Of a stretch of DNA of 64,000 bases, positions 57,369 to 64,000 are shown piece after piece. Under the pieces are notes generated by a model. That model saw only the letters and a program-made list of their open reading frames with translations, was not told where the DNA came from and made no database searches. Each line of letters begins with the position of its first letter. The first letter of the stretch is position 1. The DNA is taken from the NCBI RefSeq assembly GCF_902806265.1, contig NZ_CADCVZ010000008.1, positions 3,209 to 67,208 on the forward strand, given 5' to 3'. Both the position numbers and the translations under genes were made by a program. The stretch is from an uncultured Sphingomonas sp. Lineage in GTDB: Bacteria; Pseudomonadota; Alphaproteobacteria; Sphingomonadales; Sphingomonadaceae.

Positions 57369-58973
57369 ATGACGACCAAGACCATCTTCGCGGCGCTGCT
57401 GTGCGGCAGCGCCATCGCTGTGGCGGCGCCGGCTAGCGCGCAGGACGCGTCCGGCCAGCCTCCTGAGGCGCAGCAGGAGCCGACCCAGCCCGATTCGTCG
57501 GACGCGACTGCCGACGCGGCCATCGCCAATGCCGCACCCGTGGACGATGCCCAGGCCAGGATCGAGCTGCTTCAGCAGCAGGTCGAAGCGCTCCAGGAAT
57601 CGCTTGCGGAACTGCAGAAAGGCATGGTCAAGACGACCCCGAGCTGGAAGGGCGCCCCGCAGTTCGAGGACAAGGACGCCGGCTGGTCGTTCAAGCCGCG
57701 CGGCCGCATCCAGTATGACGCCGGTTACGTGTCCAACCCCGACGATGCGATCGCCACCCGCAATCTCGGCTTCAACAGCCGGGCGCGGCGCATCCGGCTT
57801 GGCGCGGAAGGCACCATCCCGGGCGGCTTCGGCTACAAATTCGAGATGGATTTCGCCAATGCCAGCGTCGGCTTCGGCGACGTGATTCTGACCTACCAGC
57901 CCAAGGACAAGCCCTACAACTTCATCGTCGGCAATCATGAGACCTGGAACGGCCTGGAGCAGATCTCGAGCTCGCGCTTCCTGTCGTTTGTGGAGCGGGC
58001 GGCGTTCGACGACGCGTTCCTCAACACGCGGAGGATCGGAGGATCGGTCGGCGTGGCCAACGCGGCCGGCGACCTGCGCTTCAACGCCGGATTGTTCACC
58101 GCACACTCGATCGACTCCAGCTTCGACAACGACGGTTGGATCGGGGCCGCGCGTGCCGTTTATTCACCGCTGATGGGCACCACCCAGCTCCACTTCGGCG
58201 CCAACTTCCAGCACCGCGAGTTCCAGTCCAACAACGGCGCCACAGCCTCGACCTCGACCGGCGCGCCTTCGACCAACCAGCTGGCCCGCTACCGCGCGCG
58301 CCCGTTCACCCAGACCACCGACGTCCGTTTCGTGGACACCGGCAACTTCGCGGCAAAGAGCGACAACATCTTCGGCCTGGAGTTCGCGGCGATCGCCAAG
58401 TCGCTGCACTTCGCGTCGGAGGGTCAGTACCTCAAGAGCAACGCCTACGGTGAGGGCGACAGCTTCGACGGCTCCGACCCGGCCGACGTGCTCGATCTAT
58501 TCCCCACGCCGGCCGTGCTGGTCCCCGATGGCGACCCGAGCTTCTGGGGCGGCTATATCGAGGCCGGCTACTTTCTTACGGGCGAGACCCGCGGCTACCG
58601 CAACGGCCAATGGGATCGCACCAAGGTTCTCAAGCCCTTCAGCAAGGGCGGCTGGGGTGCGCTGCAGTTGAACGGGCGGCTCGATTACCTCGATCTCGAC
58701 TCCAATCGGCTCAAGAACGGCTTGTCGAACAACTTCGTCACTGGGGTCGGGACGCCGTCCCTGGGTCTTGGCCGCGGCGGCAAGCAGCTTGGCCTGCTCG
58801 GCAGCCTGATCTGGATTCCGGAGGATTACTTCCGCGTCTACTTCCAGTACGCCCGGGCGCAGATCACCGGAGGACCGCAGGCCGCCGTTATCGAGCCGGA
58901 CTCGGGCAGGCCGGTCGACGAGCGCAAATATGGCGTCGACACGGTCACGGCACGCGCCCAGATCGACTTCTGA
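57369..58973 (+). CDS. OprO/OprP family phosphate-selective porin
   Basis: Signal peptide, coiled coil, GRIQYD, RRIRLG, SS..L.FVER, Y.EAGYFLTGE, terminal Phe. Confidence 0.9.
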   Translation: MTTKTIFAALLCGSAIAVAAPASAQDASGQPPEAQQEPTQPDSSDATADAAIANAAPVDDAQARIELLQQQVEALQESLAELQKGMVKTTPSWKGAPQFEDKDAGWSFKPRGRIQYDAGYVSNPDDAIATRNLGFNSRARRIRLGAEGTIPGGFGYKFEMDFANASVGFGDVILTYQPKDKPYNFIVGNHETWNGLEQISSSRFLSFVERAAFDDAFLNTRRIGGSVGVANAAGDLRFNAGLFTAHSIDSSFDNDGWIGAARAVYSPLMGTTQLHFGANFQHREFQSNNGATASTSTGAPSTNQLARYRARPFTQTTDVRFVDTGNFAAKSDNIFGLEFAAIAKSLHFASEGQYLKSNAYGEGDSFDGSDPADVLDLFPTPAVLVPDGDPSFWGGYIEAGYFLTGETRGYRNGQWDRTKVLKPFSKGGWGALQLNGRLDYLDLDSNRLKNGLSNNFVTGVGTPSLGLGRGGKQLGLLGSLIWIPEDYFRVYFQYARAQITGGPQAAVIEPDSGRPVDERKYGVDTVTARAQIDF

Positions 58974-58982
58974 GCCGTCGCA

Positions 58983-59039
58983 CCCGGATCGCGGCGAGGC
59001 CTTTCTGCCACAGGTAGGAAGGCCTTTGCTGCATCCGGG
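58983..59039. other. Long near-continuous hairpin (about 26 bp) after the porin gene
   Basis: cccggat-c-gcggcg-aggcctttctgcc-aca-ggtaggaaggcct-t-tgctgc-atccggg. Confidence 0.6.
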
Positions 59040-59106
59040 CCACGCCTAGTTGACAGTTCATGTGACAGTGTATCTCCTGCCCGCTCGGACATGGTCGGGA
59101 GGTTGT

Positions 59107-60531
59107 ATGCGTAAGATTCTCGCCGCCGTTCTGGCCGCCGTTGCAGTTCCGGCTGCGGCGCAGTTGCTGCCTTCACCCGGGCAGACTGCCCAAGGCGACG
59201 TCGCGGTCACCATCTACAACAACAATCTGGCGCTGGTTCAGGACCGGCGCGAACTGAGCCTGCCGGGCGGCCGCTCGCGCCAGGAGTTCCCCGACGTTTC
59301 GGCGCAGATCCGCCCCGAGACAGTGACGCTGACGGGGAGCGGCGTCGGCATTGTCGAACAGAACTTCGACTTCGACCTATTGTCGCCCCGCGCGCTGATG
59401 ACCAAGGCCGTGGGGCAGCAGGTGACGCTGGTCCGGACCAACCCCGCGACCGGCGCCGAGACCCGCGAGCGGGCGACGGTGCTGGCGGCCAACGAGGGTG
59501 TGGTGCTGCAGATCGGCAATCGGATCGAGGTGCTGCGCGACGACAGCCTGCCGGTAAGGGTGGTGTTCGACGAGGTGCCCGACAACCTTCGGGCGCGGCC
59601 GACATTGTCTGTCACCTTGGAGGCGAACCGCAGCGGACGGCAGCCGGTAACGCTGACCTATCTGACGCCGGGCCTCGGCTGGGCGGCGGACTATGTCGCG
59701 CTGTTCGACGAGGGCGCCGGGCGGATGGACGTCCAGGGCTGGATCACGCTGACCAACAACAGCGGCACGCCCTACGTGAACGCCAGCACGCTGCTGGTGG
59801 CGGGATCGGTCGGGCAGAGGCAGCCGAACTACCGCGAATATGGCGGCTATCCACCACTGCCTCCGCCGCCGCCCCCGGGCATGCCCCTGCGCCGGCCGGG
59901 ACCGGAGACCGCGGGGCGCGAGCGGCTCGCCGACTTCTATCTCTACCCGCTGCCGGTCCGCACCACCATCGCCAACGCCCAGACCAAGCAGGTCAGCTTT
60001 CTCGATGTAAGTGGAACACCCGCCCAGCGCGCGTTCGAGTATCGTAACCCTTGGCTCGGCACCCAGGAGCAGGCGGTTAGCGCCAACACCGTGCTGCGCT
60101 TTTCGACCTTGCGCGACCAGGGCCTTGGCGACGCGCTGCCCGCGGGAACTGTCCGGGTGTACCAGCGCGACGCCCGCGGCACGCCGCAGTTCGTCGGGGA
60201 AAGCGCGATCGGCCACACGCCGATGGGCTCCACCCTCGGGCTGACCACCGGCCAGGCGTTCGACATCAAGGTGCAGCCGGTGGTCGAGCAGCGCGAGCGG
60301 GTGAGCAGCGACGGCTCGCGCTGGCGGACGGCCATGCGCTACCGCCTGACCAATGCTTCGCCGCGTGCCGTCACGGTGATCGTCTTCCAGGACGGTCTAT
60401 GGGGCGACACCCGAATCCTTGCCGAAAGCCAGAAGAGCGAGCGCAACAGCGCGGACGCGGTGATCTGGCGGGTGGCGGTGCCGGCTAATGGCGAAGCCAG
60501 CGTCACCGCGACCTTCGACAGCCGCTACTAG
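59107..60531 (+). CDS. DUF4139/DUF4140-type secreted protein (copy 1)
   Basis: Signal peptide, VTIYN.NLALV, TYLT.GL.W.ADY, LP.G.VRVY. Confidence 0.85.
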   Translation: MRKILAAVLAAVAVPAAAQLLPSPGQTAQGDVAVTIYNNNLALVQDRRELSLPGGRSRQEFPDVSAQIRPETVTLTGSGVGIVEQNFDFDLLSPRALMTKAVGQQVTLVRTNPATGAETRERATVLAANEGVVLQIGNRIEVLRDDSLPVRVVFDEVPDNLRARPTLSVTLEANRSGRQPVTLTYLTPGLGWAADYVALFDEGAGRMDVQGWITLTNNSGTPYVNASTLLVAGSVGQRQPNYREYGGYPPLPPPPPPGMPLRRPGPETAGRERLADFYLYPLPVRTTIANAQTKQVSFLDVSGTPAQRAFEYRNPWLGTQEQAVSANTVLRFSTLRDQGLGDALPAGTVRVYQRDARGTPQFVGESAIGHTPMGSTLGLTTGQAFDIKVQPVVEQRERVSSDGSRWRTAMRYRLTNASPRAVTVIVFQDGLWGDTRILAESQKSERNSADAVIWRVAVPANGEASVTATFDSRY

Positions 60532-60535
60532 GGCG

Positions 60536-62047
60536 ATGCGCCTACTCGCCGCGCTGGCGCTGCTCATGGCTCCGCTGCCTGCGACAGCGCAGTCGGTCGC
60601 TACCTCGGCCGGGCCAGACGCGGTCAAAGTGACAGTCTACCGCAACCTCAACCGCAGCAGCGACGAGCGGCTGAGCCTCGACTGGCTGGGCGGTTATGCC
60701 CTGATCAGCGAGACCCGCACCGTGAACCTGCCCGCCGGCGCCAGCGACCTCCGCTTCGAGGGCGTGGCCGGAGGCATCGTTCCGCAAAGCGCGATCGTGT
60801 CCGGTCTTCCCGACGGCATCGTCGAGCGCAACCGCGACGCCTTTCTGTTGTCACCCGGAACCCTGCTCGACCGTTCGCTCGGACGCCGCGTCCAGCTCCG
60901 CCGCACCAGCCGGGCAACGGGGCGGGTGACGGAGCAGGAAGTCGTGATCCGCTCGGGCGCGGACGGGGCGGTGGTGCTGCAAACGCCCGCGGGGTTCGAG
61001 GCGCTGCGCTGCTCGGGGCAGGCCGAGACCTTGGTCTACCCGGGGGTGCCGTCCGGGCTGTCGGCCAAACCGACCCTGTCCGTGCGGGTGCGCAACGCGC
61101 AACCAGTCAACGCTCGGATTACCCTGTCCTATCTCGCCACCGGCTTCGACTGGCAGGCCAACTACATCGCCAGGCTGTCGGCCGATGCGACACGAGTGGA
61201 CCTGTTCGCCTGGCTGACCCTGGCCAGCACGGACGAGACCAGCTTTCGCGCCGCGGAAACCAGCGCAGTGGCCGGCCGGCTCAACCGCGAGGATGCGCAG
61301 GTGCCCCCGTCCGAGTCGCGGCCGATCCGGCTGGAGTGCTGGCCCGAGGCCAAGACCAGCGACGTGCCCGCGACCCCGGTGCCGGTCACGGCCGTGTCCG
61401 CGGCCGCCCCGCCGCCGCCGCCGCCTCCGCCTGCGCCAGAGCGCGGCGGCGACGAGATCGTGGTGACGGGCTCCCGCATCGTGGCGCGGCAGGAGCAGCT
61501 CGGCGACGTCAAGCTTTACCGCATCCCCGAGCCGGTCACCGTCGCCGCCAACAGCCAGAAGCAGGTCGCGCTGCTGGAGCGGTCCGCGGTGCAGGTCCGC
61601 ACCGCCTATCGGACCATGGTCACTGCGGACAGCGCCGGGTCCGACCGGCTGGCGACCCGGGTGCTGCTGACCCGCAATCGGACGGCGGAAGGCCTGGGCT
61701 TGCCGCTGCCCGCTGGGCGGGTTGCCCTGTTCGGCACGCGCGAGGGCCGCCCGATCCTGCTCGGTGAAGGCTCGCTCGGCGACCTGGCGATCGGCGAGGA
61801 CGTTGAGATCGCGTTCGACCAGTCACCAGGCGTCAGGACGCGCCTGACCAAGGTCGCGGACGACCGCTACGAGCTGACCGTCTTCAACGACTCGCCGGGC
61901 ACGATCCGCCATGAGGCGCAGCTGTTCACCGGCGACGACCGGGTGGTTGCGGCCGTCCGCCTCGAGCGGCGCAATGGGCGGCCGCTATGGGCGGCAACGA
62001 TCCCTGCGAACGGCAGCCGGACGCTACGCTATAGCGTCAGCCGCTAG
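60536..62047 (+). CDS. DUF4139-type secreted protein (copy 2)
   Basis: Signal peptide, VTVYR, LSYLA.GFDW.ANY, LP.GRV, internal poly-Pro plus DEIVVTGSRI. Confidence 0.85.
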   Translation: MRLLAALALLMAPLPATAQSVATSAGPDAVKVTVYRNLNRSSDERLSLDWLGGYALISETRTVNLPAGASDLRFEGVAGGIVPQSAIVSGLPDGIVERNRDAFLLSPGTLLDRSLGRRVQLRRTSRATGRVTEQEVVIRSGADGAVVLQTPAGFEALRCSGQAETLVYPGVPSGLSAKPTLSVRVRNAQPVNARITLSYLATGFDWQANYIARLSADATRVDLFAWLTLASTDETSFRAAETSAVAGRLNREDAQVPPSESRPIRLECWPEAKTSDVPATPVPVTAVSAAAPPPPPPPPAPERGGDEIVVTGSRIVARQEQLGDVKLYRIPEPVTVAANSQKQVALLERSAVQVRTAYRTMVTADSAGSDRLATRVLLTRNRTAEGLGLPLPAGRVALFGTREGRPILLGEGSLGDLAIGEDVEIAFDQSPGVRTRLTKVADDRYELTVFNDSPGTIRHEAQLFTGDDRVVAAVRLERRNGRPLWAATIPANGSRTLRYSVSR

Positions 62048-62431
62048 CGGCTGGGGCGCCTCGACCGGGCGCGGCCGGTTGTTCTCGTCCAGCGCGACAA
62101 AGGTGAACAAGCCTTCGGTGACCTTGATCTGCTGCTGCCCGCGATCCCGGTGGGCGATCACCTCGATGCGGATGACCATGGAGGTGCGGCCAAGCTTTTC
62201 GACGTCCGCGTAGACCGAGATGAGGTCGCGCAGCTCGATGGGGGCGATGAACTCCATCCGCTCGATGGCCACGGTGGCGACGGGCCCCTGCGCGCGGCGG
62301 GAGGCGACGATGCCGGCCGCGATGTCCATCTGGGAGAGGACCCAGCCGCCGAAGATATGGCCGTTGGCGTTGATGTCGCTGGGCCCGGGTACCACCCGCA
62401 GGATGGCATTCTTCTTAAGATCGTTGGTCAA
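62024..62431 (-). CDS. Acyl-CoA thioesterase (hotdog fold, YciA-like)
   Basis: DIN.NG.IFGGWVLSQMDIAAG, VATV, G.TSM, FTFVA.DE. Confidence 0.92.
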   Translation of the reverse strand: MTNDLKKNAILRVVPGPSDINANGHIFGGWVLSQMDIAAGIVASRRAQGPVATVAIERMEFIAPIELRDLISVYADVEKLGRTSMVIRIEVIAHRDRGQQQIKVTEGLFTFVALDENNRPRPVEAPQPLAADAIA

Positions 62432-62724
62432 AGGTCGTCCTCGATTGTTTGTTCGCCGGAGTGGTGGTGCGCTTGCTCGTCGTGCCCGGAACCGGAGCTG
62501 ACGAAGGCCAAAGTCATCAGCGCCGCACCTAGCAGCACGGACAGGCCGGCGCCCAGCGCGGTGGCGATCAGCATATGGATGCGGATCTCCGGCTCGCCCC
62601 GGGCGACGAACCACACGGCTAGCGCGGCCGCAAGGATCGCAGCCAGGCTCATCCAGCGCATGATCCGCCGAAAGCGCCGCCACGCCGAGCCGCGCGGGCT
62701 AGGAACCGGATCGGGGATGGGCAT
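62428..62724 (-). CDS. Small 2-TM membrane protein
   Basis: W.RF..IMRWM, second TM, LM.L.F.SS.SGHD; overlaps the thioesterase start. Confidence 0.7.
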   Translation of the reverse strand: MPIPDPVPSPRGSAWRRFRRIMRWMSLAAILAAALAVWFVARGEPEIRIHMLIATALGAGLSVLLGAALMTLAFVSSGSGHDEQAHHHSGEQTIEDDL

Positions 62725-62793
62725 GCACTTCCCTTTGGGCGGGAGGCATGGGAGTATCAAGCCCATCGGCGACTCTGCCCAAGGAGAAGAGCG

Positions 62794-63222
62794 ATGACCA
62801 TAGCGGCGGTGCTCGGACACAAGGGTCGGGAAGTCGCCACGGTGGAGCCGGGCGCCAGCCTGCAGGCGGCCGCGGCCGAGCTCGCGCGCCGCAGGATCGG
62901 CGCGCTGCTGGTCATGGAAGGCGGCCAAATCGCGGGCATCCTGTCGGAGCGCGACATCATCGGATGCCTGGCGGCGCACGGGGCCGACCTCACGCACCGG
63001 ATGGTCGGGGACGCGATGACCGCCGACGTGATCACGGTCGAGCCGAGCCTGCCGGTGCTGGCGGCCCTGGCGCTTATCACCAGGCGCCGGGTGCGCCACC
63101 TGCCGGTCGTCGATGGCGGCGCGCTGGTCGGGATCGTCTCGATCGGCGATCTCGTGAAGTTCCGAATGGAGCGGATCGAGGCTGAAGCCGACGCGATGCG
63201 CGCATATATCCAGAACTGCTGA
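62794..63222 (+). CDS. CBS domain pair protein
   Basis: IGALLV, GILSERD, RHLPVVD, GIVSIGDLVK. Confidence 0.92.
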   Translation: MTIAAVLGHKGREVATVEPGASLQAAAAELARRRIGALLVMEGGQIAGILSERDIIGCLAAHGADLTHRMVGDAMTADVITVEPSLPVLAALALITRRRVRHLPVVDGGALVGIVSIGDLVKFRMERIEAEADAMRAYIQNC

Positions 63223-63301
63223 GCGGTCGGCTCAGCTAAGCATGCGCTCGCTCGGACAGCCGCATGTCCGAGGAAGGTACTGGAAAAAGAGAACTTTGGG
63301 C

Positions 63302-63329
63302 TTGAAGCGAGCGGCGGTGCCGCTAAATG
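63302..63329 (+). promoter_or_regulatory. Possible upstream rrn promoter TTGAAG-N16-TAAATG
   Basis: Sigma70-like elements about 125 bp upstream of the main promoter. Confidence 0.4.
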
Positions 63330-63427
63330 GTGCTTCAGCGACGGGGCGCCGACGGAAACGGAAGCGCTTCGGGCAAGCGGACTGCATGGTTCGACATCTG
63401 GCTTTGTCACAAAAGCGAAAAAGGGTG

Positions 63428-63456
63428 TTGACGGGCTGAAGAGCCCACCATATATG
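63428..63456 (+). promoter_or_regulatory. rRNA operon promoter TTGACG-N17-TATATG
   Basis: Exact spacing; A-rich UP-like element immediately upstream. Confidence 0.85.
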
Positions 63457-63565
63457 CCGCTTCACAGCAGCGGGGACGGCCCTCCCGGGTCGGTCTTCGT
63501 TTCGCGTCTCTCTCAGTCGGACCACCGGCGCCCGGAACCACAAGGACCGGGTAGGAAAACGCGTC

Positions 63566-63577
63566 GGCTCTTTGACA
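63566..63577 (+). promoter_or_regulatory. rrn antitermination boxA
   Basis: GGCTCTTTGACA versus consensus TGCTCTTTAACA, in the rrn leader. Confidence 0.8.
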
Positions 63578-63769
63578 TTGTTGGTTTAGATGAAGGGACA
63601 TGCGGGCGGCGGCTCGGTCACCTGGAGCCTCTGGGTTCAGGTTGGTCGATAAAGCTAAGCCGTTCCAATTGTCCTCATACGCAAACACACCAGTTTGTAT
63701 ATTTGTGCAGGAACGGCTCCCAGAGATGCCGGTCCGCCTGGGTTATTCCACTCGGACGGATCGTACATC

Positions 63770-64000
63770 AACTTGAGAGTTTGATTCTGGCTCAGAACGA
63801 ACGCTGGCGGCATGCCTAACACATGCAAGTCGAACGAGACCTTCGGGTCTAGTGGCGCACGGGTGCGTAACGCGTGGGAATCTGCCCTTCGGTTCGGAAT
63901 AACTCAGGGAAACTTGAGCTAATACCGGATGATGACTTCGGTCCAAAGATTTATCGCCGAGGGATGAGCCCGCGTAGGATTAGCTTGTTGGTGGGGTAAA
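63770..64000 (+). rRNA. rrs: 16S rRNA, 5' part (truncated by the window edge)
   Basis: AGAGTTTGATTCTGGCTCAG, GAACGCTGGCGGC, CTAACACATGCAAGTCG, GCTAATACCG; Sphingomonadaceae-like V1. Confidence 0.99.

Noticed and set aside
63232-63946. ORFs in the rrn promoter, leader and 16S
   Set aside because: They overlap the rRNA promoter, boxA and 16S, so they are non-coding

Overview
A GC-rich alphaproteobacterial chromosome segment. The 16S rRNA 5' end and the gene content point to Sphingomonadaceae. Most of it is core genome: dnaN-recF-DEAD helicase-gyrB, rnd-lptC-lptA-lptB-rpoN, divK, rpmG, ispG, ppa, hisS-prfA-prmC, pstS plus an OprO/P porin, and the promoter, leader and start of an rRNA operon at the right edge. 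The standout is a tightly coupled four-gene minus-strand cassette between ispG and an isoaspartyl peptidase (44013 to 39120). It encodes (i) a TIR-transmembrane-TPR protein with an intact catalytic Glu, (ii, iii) two divergent paralogous ~140-150 aa proteins that both end in DPIIKN, one of them markedly AT-rich, and (iv) a SLOG domain fused to two SLATT-like 2TM modules. This resembles a Thoeris-like TIR-to-SLOG second-messenger system with a membrane-anchored, Toll-like sensor, a membrane effector and two unexplained accessory subunits. Other observations: CtrA boxes, an EcfG promoter, a TetR operator, probable leaderless gyrB and ispG, a CGTC-type REP, an RGG-rich tandem cold-shock protein, and a TonB-box-like motif in a DUF4139 protein. 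All family calls are by motif recognition; no database searches were run.
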